Shown here: positions 1-12,400 of the stretch, piece after piece | Numbering within the stretch: position 1 is the stretch's first letter | Layout of the letters: each line of letters opens with the position of its first letter | From: Sphaerodactylus townsendi | Taxonomy: Eukaryota | Assembly: GCF_021028975.2 (NCBI RefSeq) | Contig: NC_059438.1 | Span: forward strand, 20,584,001-20,648,000 | DNA length: 64,000 nucleotides | Direction: 5' to 3' | Translations under genes and position numbers: made by a program | The notes under the pieces: generated by a model | What the model was told of the DNA's origin: nothing | Databases searched by the model: none | Seen by the model: only the letters and a program-made list of their open reading frames with translations

Positions 1-168
1 GGCAGCACTTGAAACATCTTCAAATCGACAAAATTAACATCTGTCAGATTCAGAAGGCAGCCCTACTGGTATCCGCATGAATACTACGTCGATACGTTAC
101 AACTACCTAGGCCTCTGGGTGAGGCTCGAATTGTAAAGAAGGCCAACAACCAGGTAAAGAATTGGCAG
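1..168 (-). CDS. Probable first coding exon (5'UTR plus ATG at 17, MFQVLP...) of a minus-strand gene running off the left edge; possibly PDPR
   Basis: Minus-strand acceptor with upstream pyrimidine tract (tgtgttttgtgcatttccccctcccctttattatgattggttgatttcacag|ctgcc, AG at 170-169). ATG at 17-15 in context gaagATGt, open to the window edge. PDPR is suggested only by recalled mouse gene order (Aars-Exosc6-Clec18a-Pdpr). Only about 6 codons are visible. Confidence 0.35.
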
Positions 169-521
169 CTGTGAAATCAACCAATCATAATAAAGGGGAG
201 GGGGAAATGCACAAAACACATTTCAGTTTCACAGAGAATACATTAAACCTCAATGTTCCAGAACAATTTCCTTCAACTTTGAAAAGCTAGTTAATCTTTT
301 GTGGAGAGTGAAAGGGGGGTGGGGGTTGGGGGTGGGGAGAGAGAAATGGCAGTTATTATCAGATTCAGGGTTTCTAAAGGATCCTGGATTACTCACTTCG
401 CTTTCCACTTAGTTAAAAAGTCTTCTTCTGCATCCACTAATACAACTTTTGCAACAACCTGGATTTTTTTTTAATTACACAGATATGCTTAGGGGACTAC
501 ATACACTTCCCTGAACTCCTT

Positions 522-829
522 GGGAGCAGCAGTGGCGTAGGAGGTTAAGAGCTCGTGTATCTAATCTGGAGGAACCGGGTTTGATTCCCAGCTCTGCCGC
601 CTGAGCTGTGGAGGCTCATCTGGGGAATTCAGATTAGCCTGTACACTCCCACACCTGCCAGCTGGGTGACCTTGGGCTAGTCACAGCTTCGCGGAACTCT
701 CTCAGCTCCACCTACCTCACAGGGTGTTTGTTGTGAGGGGGGAAGGGCAAGGAGATTGTCAGCCCCTTTGAGTCTCCTGCAGGAGAGAAAGGGGGGGATA
801 TAAATCCAAACTCTTCTTCTTCTTCTTCT
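522..829 (+). mobile_element. Full-length tRNA-derived squamate SINE (Squam3-like)
   Basis: A box (tggcgtaggagg), B box (ggtttgattcc), body ending ggatataaatccaaac plus a (TTC)n tail. Near-identical copies elsewhere in the window. Confidence 0.85.
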
Positions 830-2401
830 TGAAGGAAGGATAAAAATGTACAAGATTCTTTTTGGGAACTACTTAAGACAAGGCTATTTTATTAGATTAA
901 AAACAAACAAAAACAAATTAACCCAAACTCCCTTCCGGCTGTTGTGAAAACCTCCGACAATACATAAAACCCTTCCTTAGGTTGCTCAGGGTCCCTTTCC
1001 ACATTTTGTCCTGACAATAAACTGCTGTGATAGGGTAAACTGAGGCACAGTCACTAAGCTGGGTTGCCAGCTGTCCTGCAGAAAAATGCCTCTTTAGCAG
1101 AGTTTTAAATGAGTAGGAGAAGGCAATGGTATGGAGGTAAAGAACATCCACAAGGTGAATATAAGAAGGGCCATGGTGGGCCAGACCAAAGACCCATCAA
1201 GTCAAGCATTCTGTCCACACAGCAGCCAGCCAGCTACCTCTAGGAAGCCCACAAGCAGGAAAAGGGACGAAGGTTTTTTCCCTAGCCACTCTCTCCACAC
1301 CACCACAAAATTTCATCGATTTCTGCCAAGTCGCCCCCAATCACCATCTTTCTAGGCTAAAAAGCTTAGTATTTTAACCAGCTGCTCCAAGCTCCGGATT
1401 ATTTTGGTTGCTCCTTTCAGCACCTTGTCAAGCTCTCCTGTTCTTAAAGGGACTGGATGTTTTTCTCCGGTCAGCTCATAGCAAAGCGGGGCATTAAACA
1501 TGCTCCTTTAACCACAGCACCGCTTTCTTCTCGGTGTATTTAGTGCTCAAAGCATTTTACATTGTGAGGAAGTTGGGGAGGTTCCGGGTGCGAGACGGCT
1601 TCACCGCAACCATACAAAGCCCTAGAAGCACTAGCTTAGTACAACTCAGGGAATCTCATCTCAAAAACCACAAACATGGTATCAGCTCTCACAATTTTAA
1701 AGGTGATTCATTTATCCAACCCCCCATTTTGTCTATCTCCGTCAAGGTTAGGGGTGCATTTTTGTATATAGCTCATGCTTAGTTTCCATGGCTGAGGCCA
1801 CCATTCCAGAAAAGCTCCACGTTATTAATTTTTAGTCCAAGTAAGTCAGCTACAGTGTCGCCCCTTCCATAGACCGCTCTGCTATCACTTTGCACATTTC
1901 TGTTTCCTTCTTTCTGGTTTCTTCTTTATGCTCCATCTGTTTTTAAAAGCAAAGGATGGTGTATGACAAGGCCATAAATCCAAAGAAGGCCGGCCGATAA
2001 TGAATATCACTTCAAAATGAAAAGTTTGCTGCAAACTGCAAGGTCAGCTTATCTCCTGTGTGTCCTTTATAAGCCAAAGCTACAGAAGGCCACGGCTCTG
2101 TGAGAAAGAGCATGTTTTGTCTGAAGAAGGATTGAAGTTCAGTCTCTGGCCGTGCCTGCTCAAGGGTCTCAGGAAACAGGAATGGAGATAGATCTCTCCC
2201 TGCCTGAAGCTCTAGAGAACAGTAGGGAGCCAGAGCATACAAAAATTAGCAAGGAACAACCAGTTTCACTCCTTACGCAGTGAAGAAATAATAATTGCAC
2301 CAGGTCATACCATGACCCACCAATCCAGATGGCGGCATACTCCGTGGCTATTTCAAGGGAGGGTTGGGGAGCCCACTCTGTTTTGCAGAACCTTATAGCT
2401 T

Positions 2402-2646
2402 NNNNNNNNNNNNNNNNNNNNNNNNNNNNNNNNNNNNNNNNNNNNNNNNNNNNNNNNNNNNNNNNNNNNNNNNNNNNNNNNNNNNNNNNNNNNNNNNNNN
2501 NNNNNNNNNNNNNNNNNNNNNNNNNNNNNNNNNNNNNNNNNNNNNNNNNNNNNNNNNNNNNNNNNNNNNNNNNNNNNNNNNNNNNNNNNNNNNNNNNNNN
2601 NNNNNNNNNNNNNNNNNNNNNNNNNNNNNNNNNNNNNNNNNNNNNN
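2402..2646. other. Assembly gap (245 N)
   Basis: Run of N. Flanks are locally CpG-containing, and a strong plus-strand donor (ACAG|GTAAGT) lies at 2683. Confidence 0.99.
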
Positions 2647-3483
2647 CATCCCCGGAGGGCTCTGGGCGGATGTGTTTGACAGGTAAGTAGGACCAAACGT
2701 TCAATCTAAGTTTCTTGCTTTTGCAAGTTAGTACCAGCAACTGCATGATCTGGGAGAAGTCGAATGCGTGCTGCTACACGAACCCCCTTAAAGAAGATTC
2801 AGTGGCTGCAGCTCAAGCAGTAGAACGTCCTCTTTGTGCGGAAAAGATCCCAAATTCAGTCCCTAGCATCGCCAGTTAAAAGGATCTGGTCGTCAGTGAT
2901 ATGAAAGACCTCTCTCTAGGAATCTGGAATGCCTCTGCCAAACACAGCAGACAATACTAACCTTGTTGATCAGTGGCTTGACTCAGTAGAAGGCAGCGTT
3001 GTACACTGTACTTGTCAACTATCTTCCGCAAGGATTCAATCCAGCACTTTGCAAATTAGCAAGGCACCACTGCCCCAGTATGTGCTTCTAGCATGAGGAA
3101 GCCACAGCTGAACTATCTAATTCTCTCCAGTCAGTCACAGCTGGGTTCCTTTGCAGCTCCCTCCCTTGCATTGGAAACAGCCTGGTGGAATCCATCGTTG
3201 GCACAATACTGACACCTTGTGTGCAGCTATGGAAGTGTCACCGATTTAAACCTCAAGTATTTTCTCTGATTCCATCAGGAACACTCAAAGAGAAGCGAGG
3301 CGCTGCCATTTCCTTGCATAGGGCCCAGTGTCTTTACATGCATGCTGGCTGCTGACTTAGGACAGAGATGTCAGCCTCAGGAAGCTTCTTCAAAGAGATA
3401 AATAGCCAGGTGTCAACAACGTATCGGTGACACTTCACTGCAAAGTTATGGATGATCTCTTTTACGGACTTCATACAGACATT

Positions 3484-3759
3484 AAGAAGAAGAAGAGTTG
3501 GATTTATATCCCCCCTTTCTCTTCTGTAAGGAGACTCAAAGGGGCTTACAATCTCTTTTCCCTCCCCCCCAACAAACACTTTGTGAGGTGGATAGGGATG
3601 AGAGAGCTTCAAAGAACTGACTAGCCCAATGTCACCAAGTGTTCGAGTGCACAAGCTAATCTGGTTCACCAGATAAGCCTCAAAAGCTCAAGGGGCAGAG
3701 TGGGGAATCAAACCTGGTTCTCCAGATTAGAGTGCACCTGCTCTTAACCGCTACACCAT
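3484..3759 (-). mobile_element. Same tRNA-derived SINE, reverse orientation
   Basis: Reverse complement of 522-829 with a (GAA)n tail. Confidence 0.8.
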
Positions 3760-5369
3760 ATTAAACGTGTAAGACTCCTATTCCACTTGCTTTAAGTCAG
3801 CTTGAAGTGAAATCCTTTATTGGGTCAACGAGCCTCAAATTCTTTAGTGGAACAACGAGCCTCAAATTCTTCCTCTGATTTGGGATTCAAATATCCTGTG
3901 AGGTCATGGACCAGGCGTGCAGAACTTGGTAGCCCACCAGTCATCTGTTGGGGCTAGCCAGATGTTTGATAACTCTTCTCTTTTTACAGGCCCAGGCAAG
4001 CAGCAAACTCAAGTACTTTCTTGAACTTCTGACAGACTACTGTACCTGGCTGCCATGTGGCTTGAACTGAGCCAACCAGATGTGAAGGTCAGAGTGTCAA
4101 ACCACTCTGGATCGAATCCTGCCATTGAAACTACCCTTGGGCAGTCACACTCTCTCAGCCTCACCTACAATCTTGTGGGGACAAAATCAGAGAAGGGGAA
4201 CAATGATTCTGTAAGCCGCTTTGGGAGCCAATTGGGGGAAAGCTGAGTGTAAACAAACAAATATATACTGTCAGACACAATCGAGCCTATTGAGTCTAAC
4301 AGAACTAGACACATCTAACTTTGCATAGGATCACGTAGCCAGGCGGGGCCTATTCAAGGTGGAAATCATGATACTGTGCGATGATGTCTCATGCAGCTTG
4401 TTGTGTCTCATGTCTTACTGTGGTCATCTCCAGACCTAACAGGGAGATAATGTTGTTTAGGCTGTTTGGAAGTTAATCCTTCCTCATCTCCATGGCAATA
4501 AGTAGTGATGATGAGAGGTTTAAAACAACAGCCGGGGATGCAGAGCAGAATCAGGTGAGGTTCTGGAGAAGCGTGGTCCTTCGTACCCAGACAAAGAGGG
4601 GAGAAAAACCACCAGTTAAATCTGGGCTACATGTTTTTAGAACACTTTCAACTCATGGAGTTGTCTCATGGAGACTGTTATTTTAGGGTGGGACTGTGAT
4701 TGTGGGGTTTCCTGCCCCCGACTACTCGGAATTTCACCCTGAGGTCCCTCCCCTCCCGAAACCCCACTGACTCCAGGCATCCACCCCATAATCTCCTGGT
4801 ATTTCCCAATCCATAGCAGCCACAGCTAGTCACAACAATAGCTGTCTACTTTCAGATAAAGTCTTGTTATAAGTATATGTGTACAAAACCACAAACAATA
4901 CAACAATACCACAAGGTATCTGAAATACGGACTCTGATACCACTGATAGTAATCCTGCATAGTACAAAACAAAGATCTTGTGCAATACAATAAAAGTCCA
5001 CTAAGCTAACTGGAAGCCAGATGTGTACGGGCCTCATCCAAGTTTCAAGTCCAGTGGAACATAAATGCCATATGTCTGTGCTTCCAAAATGTACAAAATA
5101 TTGTCTGAATGGCAATAGTTTGAAACCATCAGGAATTGCAGTTGGCTCTGAAAACTCTGGCTGCTGCAGAATGTTAAAGGGCGAGATGGGTACACATTCG
5201 GGTTCTGGTTAGCTTGTTTTGCACAGGACCTTCGTTTCATACTACACAGGATTTTTATCAATGTTATTAGGGTCTGTATTTCAGATATCTTGTAATACAG
5301 TTGCATTGTCTGTGGTTTTGAACACTTAGCCTATACTTATAACGAGACTTCATTCTATATAACAAGAAT

Positions 5370-6230
5370 TCTAATCTGGAGGAACCGGGTTTGATTCTCC
5401 GCTCTGCTGCCTGAGCTGTGGAGGCTTATCTGGGGAATTCAGATTAGCCTGTGCACTCCCACACACGCCAGCTGAGCGGCCTTGGGCCTTGGGCTAGTCA
5501 CAGTTCTTCTGAGGTCTCTCAGCCCCACCCACATAAGAACATAAGAACATAGAAGAATAGAATAGAATAGAATAGAATAGAATAGAATAGAATAGAATAG
5601 AATAGAATAGAATAGAATAGAATAGAATAGAATCTTTATTGGCCAAGTGTGATTGGACACACAAGGAATTTGTCTCCGGTGCATATGCTCTCAGTGTACA
5701 TAAAAGAAAAATACATTTGTCAAGAATCATAAGGTACAGCAAGGTACAGAACATAAGAACAAGCCAGCTGGATCAGACCAAAGTCCATCTAGTCCAGCTC
5801 TCTGCTACTCGCAGTGGCCCACCAGGTGCCTTTGGGAGCTCACATGTAGGATGTGAACGCAATGGCCTTCTGCGGCTGTTGCTCCCGATCACCTGGTCTG
5901 TTAAGGCATTTGCAATCTGAGATCAAAGAGGATCAAGATTGGTAGCCATAAATCAACTTCTCCTCCATAAATCTGTCCAAGCCCCTTTTAAAGCTATCCA
6001 GGTTAGTGGCCATCACCACCTCCTGTGGCAGCATATTCCAAACACCAATCACACGTTGCGTGAAGAAGTGTTTCCTTTTATTAGTCCTAATTTAGTGTTT
6101 CCTTTTATTAGTCCTAAACACAGGGTGTTTGTTGCGAGGGGGGAAGGGCAAGGAGATTGTAAGCCCCTTTGAGTCTCCTGCAGGAGAGAAAGGGGGGATA
6201 TAAATCCAAACTCTTCTTTTTCTTCTTCTT
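5370..6230 (+). mobile_element. tRNA-SINE (5370-5532 and 6118-6230) interrupted by a CR1-like fragment and a second LINE tail with (AATAG)n
   Basis: The SINE halves are collinear with 522-829. The insert holds a (CATAAGAA)n tail plus CR1-type 3' sequence (5750-6117, minus), and (AATAG)n-ctttattggccaagtgtgattggacacacaagg (5556-5749), which resembles Rex1/RTE-type tails. Confidence 0.75.
5556..5633. repeat. (AATAG)n microsatellite
   Basis: About 15 perfect pentamer units. Confidence 0.97.
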
Positions 6231-9200
6231 CATCTGAAAGCAGACAGCAATTGCTGTGAGCCTTCTTCAATGTAAATTCTATTGGGCTGCACAGTGTGCA
6301 CTGATCCCCACAATTCAAATGGTGTTGGTCCTACAAGCTAGAACTGGACTGTTTGATTTCTAAATCCATTGTTCAATGGCAGATGCAAGATCTGAGCTGA
6401 GCTCAGCGTGTTTTTCCTTCTCCAGTTGCAGGACCTACTGTGAGGCCTTTAGATTTGTGAATCTCACCGTCACCTTCTCTCTTTCTCACTCTGTTCTCCA
6501 CAGTGGTTGGCCTCATGCCCCAACATCCGTACCACTTCCTCGAGCTCGGTCTCCTGCCTGCACATGACTGATACCTCTGTGCATGAATCCTGAGGGCTCC
6601 TTATGAAGATGGATTCACAGTTCACACCACTGCTGCCCCCTTTTTATTTCAAATAAATAAATTGCCTGTCATTTTCAATTTCTTCCCGTTGTGGTTTTTT
6701 CCCCTTCCCCATCTTCAGTTTTTCTTTCTTTCGCCCGGCATCGCCACTGAAGCAGACACGAGCCCCGAGTGCAGTTTTCTCAACAGTAATATGAAAGGTT
6801 TGCTCTCGAATCAGTATCACGTTTTCATGAAGATCCGTTTTACTGCTGTTAGTTCATATTCAAGTCAAGTCAAGTCAAGTAGTATTTATTGTTTGAGCCA
6901 TTGGCTATAACATCCAAAAATACATACAGTTAAAACATTCAGATTAAAATAATAAACTTATCTTTAGGTTACAATATAAATGATTTATTCTCACTATATC
7001 CGAATTAAAATGCCCCATCAAATACTTCCCATGTCGGGTGTTTTTACAGCTTCTTCATACTAAACTAAGTTGACCACAAGCTCATTGAATCATCAGTTCA
7101 AACAGTGCTTTAAATACTCTGCTCGCATTTTCCTAGCTGCCAGTTCATATTGATAGTAGTCAATGTTTTTAAAATATTTTAAATAATTTTTTACTTTTGT
7201 GTTGTTATAAATATTTTTTTAAATTTTTTAAGAATGATGCAGTTGTGCTGAGATGGTAGAATGGGGGAAAATACACGTAAACATACCTGTTTAAGACAAC
7301 AAGGTGTCATAGGAAAGACTTTGTTCCAAACAGGAGTAATCTCCTCAACTGAACCATCACACCACCGTTTTGCAGCTTTGACAAGAAAGCTCAACAACAG
7401 CCCACACACGGTGACCAGGGAGATTAGGGTTGCCAACCTGCAGGTTATCCTCCTGGGATAATGATTGATCTCTAGGCAACAGAGATCAGTTCACCTGGAG
7501 AAAACAGCAGAGAAGATGGACTCTGTGGTGTTATACCCCATTGAAATCCCTCCCTTCCCCAAACCTCTAACTGTTAAGATAACTTTATTCACAACAAATC
7601 TGAATGCTGGGTAAGTATTCCCCCGCTTCTCTGAATGATGGATATAAAAGCCAAAATACACAATACACATGACCTTGAGTTGGGATACTCACAGGCGTCC
7701 ACCCTGACTCAGCCAGATGTTCACACAACAGCTTTAAAACTTCTCAATCCCTCCTTGTGGCTCATGTGCTGTGAGGAAGATGGGGTGGGTTCAGGCTTCT
7801 CCTCTGCACCATTTGAGACAGGATGCTTTTTTGGCCTTCCTTGGGCTCCGCATGCTGGGATGGAAGGGGCAAACTGCTTTTTTTTCACCTGTAACTGACC
7901 TGACCTTTCAACTGGGTGAAGGGCCACCTTCTTTAGGATCTGATGGATGCTTGAATGGAGTCATAGTGGACTATCAGAACCAGTGTAGTGTAATGGTTAA
8001 GAGTACTGGAGACCCAGTTTGTCAGTCTGTGAGACCCAGTCTGTGAGACCCAGTTTGAGTCCCCACTCATGGCATGGAAGATGGCTTGGTACCTTGGGTC
8101 AGTCACACTCTCTCAGCCTAGCCTACTTCACAGGGTTGTTGTGAGGATAAAATGGAGGAGAGTAGAATGATGCAAGCTACTTTGCGGAGAAAGGCAGGGT
8201 AAAAATGAATTAAATAAATTAAATTAAATTAATAAATAATGTTAAAGAAATATCCGTAGTAGTTAAGGAATGTTAATGTTCTTTTTATGATAGGGCCTGG
8301 ATCCAGTCTCCTTAAGCCAAAATAGTTATACTAATTATTGTTCTTATGATTAATGCACTGTTCCTTGTTGGGAAGATATAGGGTTGCCAACACTAGCATC
8401 AGGAGATTCCTGAACATCTGGGGGCAGTACCTGTGGAGAAAAGAATCTGAGGAGAGGTTTCACCTAGAATCTATGGTATACCATTGAGTTTGCCTTCTGA
8501 AGCTGCCATTTCCTCCAGAAGTGATTTCTGTAATCTGGAAATCTGTTGTAATTCCACAACTCCAGGGCCCATCTGGAGATTGGAAACCCTAGGAGGCGAG
8601 CATCCCCCACCCCCCAGACATGTTTCACAGATGAAAACAGAGATGCTCTGGTAATCCTCCTGTTCCAAAGGATCAGGGCTTGATCCCCCTCCTACCCTTA
8701 CGGTTTGTCATCCTTACCTGCCTTGGAATCATAACCTTCCCTCTTTTTTTTTAAAAAAAATCAGTGTTTCATCTCACAGTGGCCCTGGCTGCAGCCTGCA
8801 GGTATTAATAAACTGCACCAAATCATACCCATTCTGCAAAATGTAGTCTGCACCAAGATAGGTACGGAGAAGGACAGATAGAAAACACAGTGGTGCATGC
8901 ATTGGACTCAAGCTACATCTCCTCTCAATAATAAGGTCTCAGGGACGACCAAAGCCAGAGGAACTCAAGGGCACATGACTGACAACATTTGCAAACTTCT
9001 GCCCCAAGACAGAAACAGTGGTTGTTTTTTTTAAACAGGGCAGATCAGAACACAGGAAGGATCAGAGCATAGAGTGAGTGAGCTTTGTCCACATCTGCCT
9101 TTAATTTGCTTCTTCCCTCCCTCCGAAAAGAGAGGCAGTCACACTTCCAGCATCCTGTCCAAACCCCTCCTCTTCTCTCCCCTGAACCAATGACACTGAG

Positions 9201-9477
9201 ATCACCATTACAGAAATACTTTGCTATTCTGGCTCCGCGCACCCCTGTGCAAGTGCCGGAGACGGTTTGCTGGGCCTTCTCATCCTCCATTTTCTCCCCC
9301 CCACCTTCAAAGGACAGATGGTACATTCCTCTGGTACAGCATTCAGACTAGAGATCCATTCTCTAGTAAAGAGCTGCTGGCAACCCAGCGTCTGCTCGCA
9401 GAGAGATCCCCTCCGGCTGGGCAGAAGCGATTCCAGAGCCTGGCACCGACCCCTCCCCCATCTCACTCCAGGGTGGC

Positions 9478-12400
9478 ATGACACTTTTTGGCAGCAGAGA
9501 AGCGTGCTGGAGATGTAAGTACCGACTGTGCTCCCCTGATCCCATTGTGTGTGTTCTGCATGCATTTTTTCTTGCTGCCTTTCAACCCCCCAAAAAAACA
9601 AGATGGCAAAGATGCTGTCTCCAGAAGGCAAAATGAGTGGGGGGTCTCAGAACTGGTGACGCCCCCCCATCCCCCACAGTCCTCGCTTGAACGCTATGCA
9701 CACGGAGATGTTGTTCCCAAGGGTTAAAAAAATGGGGGTTATTTCATTGCATTTTGATTGGAGTGTGAAGGGTTTTTTGTTGTTGTTGTTCCGGCTTGCA
9801 AATGGAAGCTAGCAATTCTGCAGAAAATGTCCCTCACTTGCTGGAAGAAAGTTAGATTGGAAGGGGAATGAGAATGTGGAAGGTCTGACTGCCCTGGAGC
9901 CGTTCCAGAGATGGTTAAGGCCACTGGGGTAGTGTGTTTTGCACCGTGGGCTACCAAAAACAAACCAGAAGGGATCCTCTTGGAGGTTTGTATTTGAAAC
10001 TCAAAATAAATTGACACAGGATGCTGATCCATAGGGACGTTCAATTAAATTTTTTTGTTCTTCCATTCGGGGCATTCTTAGCCTATATCATGAAGATCTC
10101 TCTTCCCTATATATATGGGGAAATGATCTGTATACCATAAATTTGTATGCCAAATAAAGCATCTTCGGAACTGAATGGAAAAAGAGAAGCTAAATCAAAT
10201 GGGGCTCAAGGCAGAGGGATATTGTTTGTAGTTCTGCCACTAACTCACCATAGGGCCTTGGGCAAATCCCTTAATGTCAGATTTCTAAGTATGCCTTTTT
10301 TAGATTTTAGATGCCTGAGCCCAAGTTGCAGAAGTGCTGGAAGAATTTAGTATCAATGACAGTAGCAACTACCCCACATTTCTGGCAGTCACGAAAAAAC
10401 TGTCTCAGGCAGACAGGAATCCCATTGATGTGGGCTCTGGTGTCTAGAGGGGACGTGGGGGAGGAGCATTTGTCTGGGCAAATGAGGGCTGAAGTCGGAG
10501 AAAGCAAACTTCATTATACCTATTAAATGTTTCCAAATGGCAACCCCTATTCTCCTGTGTTACATTAATTCTCTGGTCCTAAGTGTATTTACCAGAGATA
10601 ACTTATGCTGACTTCAAAGTGATTATTTGCACCAGAGTAAAATATGTTCAAGCTTTGCTACTGTAATTAAAATTTTAATTGAAGGTGATATTCTGTTCAT
10701 TTAAAACAGCTGCAAGAACTAGGAGCTGGTGTTTTTTTTGAACGAAGAATTATTCTTATTTTTATATGGCAACTTTAACATGCACGGGGCTTTTCAGAGT
10801 AACAAGACAAAAAAGCCCCTGCCCCAAAGAGCTTACAATCTACTATTTGCATCAGGGGAGGCAAGAGAAGGTGGGGTAAAAGACAGAAGCAAGAGTAAAC
10901 AGGAATCTTTCCTGGTCTTTCTAATAGGTTTTGCCATTAATTTGAGCCATGGGGATGAGTGGATTTTTTTGTGGGTGAGTCAGCATTATGAGTGAGCAGC
11001 GGTCTCCTTGCTGTCCCCTTTGGCACCCCCTACACTGGTATAAGTGCCATCTCCCGGAATACCACCCAGATTTTTTTTCATGAGCCTGAAAAGATGAATT
11101 CTCCTACCTGTGAAGCTGCAGACAACTGCATGACCTTTGAGACAGGCCTTGCAAGTTTGTTGGCATCATTTTGCCTGCTTCGTGGAGAGCCATCCTGAGC
11201 AGTGCCTTCCTCACCATCCCCACCTCTCCTCTGCTGTTTCTCCCTCTTTGTCACATTTTCCTTTTTTCCTAGATCCAGACATGGCCCAAGAACCTAAGCT
11301 GAGCCATACCCGGTCTGGTCAGAAGAGGCAACATAGTGGAGGCCTGTACCAGTGAGTTAACGTAACAATTCTTCATGTGGGGAAGGATGGTGAATAAGGA
11401 TGGGTCCGTTTTTGGAAACTGGAGATGCTCCGCAATTGATGGTCAAAAGGCTAGAGATGAATGAAGAATTTGTTCATAATTAGTTTCAGGAAGGTATACT
11501 CTGTTTCAGATAAAGTTGTTAGTACGGTCAGTTGAGATGCAGCCGTCAAGAAAATGGTATGTTTTCACATTAGAATATAGTCCCGAATGCATGAGTATTT
11601 ATAGTTCATTGAACGACTATCGTAAAACTTTCAAACGGATAGGGGGGAGCAAGGCTAGGTAGGCACTAGGACCCAGGGAGAGCATTCTACAACAAAGAAG
11701 GTCCGGCATATTGAGTTCTGTGGCGGAGGAATATGCAATCTACTAACATCTTTTTGTGAGACAGTCTATAGCCATGTTGGTCATCTGTTAGGGTTTCCTG
11801 GTCCCCTCTAGCCTCCAGCTGGGGCCTAGGATTGGCAGCTCCAAGTTGGGGAACTCCAGGAGATTTGGGGGTGGAACCTGCGGAAGACAGGGACCTCAGC
11901 GGGGTACAATACAGCAGAGTCTACCCTCTAAACCAGAGGCGTTCCTCCCATTGGGCAAAGTGGGCAGTTGCCCAGGGCGCCAGCTTGTGGGGGGGCGCCA
12001 AAAATGCAGGTGGGATTTTTTTAAATTTTCAGTGTTTTTTTCTGTTTTTGGCCTGCAGGGGGTGCAGTTTTTAGGCTAGCAGCACCAAAATTTCAGGGAT
12101 TTTTCGGGAGACTATCCTAATGATATCACCCAGGTTTGGTGAGGTTTGGTTTAAGGAGTCCAAAGTTATGGACTCCCATAGGGAGTGTCCCCATCCCCCA
12201 TTGTTTCCAATGGGAGCTAATAGGAGATGGGGGCTACACCTTTGAGGGTCCATAACATTGGACCCCCCGAACCAAACTTCACCAAACCTGGGTGGTATCA
12301 TCAGTAGGGGCTCATGAAGATACTCTGAAATTTTGGTGCTGCTATCTTAATAATTGCACCCCTGACAGCAGGCACACCCTAAATTGCCCCAGATTCTCCT

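Noticed and set aside
522-600. tRNA gene (A and B boxes); similarly 5S rRNA-like sequence near 17150
   Set aside because: These are heads of multi-copy SINEs continuing into SINE bodies, not standalone RNA genes.
2169-2746. ORFs spanning the N-run
   Set aside because: Artefacts of translating through an assembly gap.
3827-3871. Short direct duplications (CAACGAGCCTCAAATTCTT twice; also GTCTGTGAGACCCAG near 8025-8053)
   Set aside because: Ordinary local slippage or repair duplications with no further structure.
5439-5754. ORFs with ILFYS repeats, and likewise TNKQ/CLFV ORFs at 16066-16372 and IRILTQEW at 45042-45398
   Set aside because: Translations of micro- and minisatellites.
6662-6910. 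KGLLSNQY as a degenerate RNP1 of a lost RRM exon
   Set aside because: No RNP2, no matching spacing or splice sites; similarity is at chance level.
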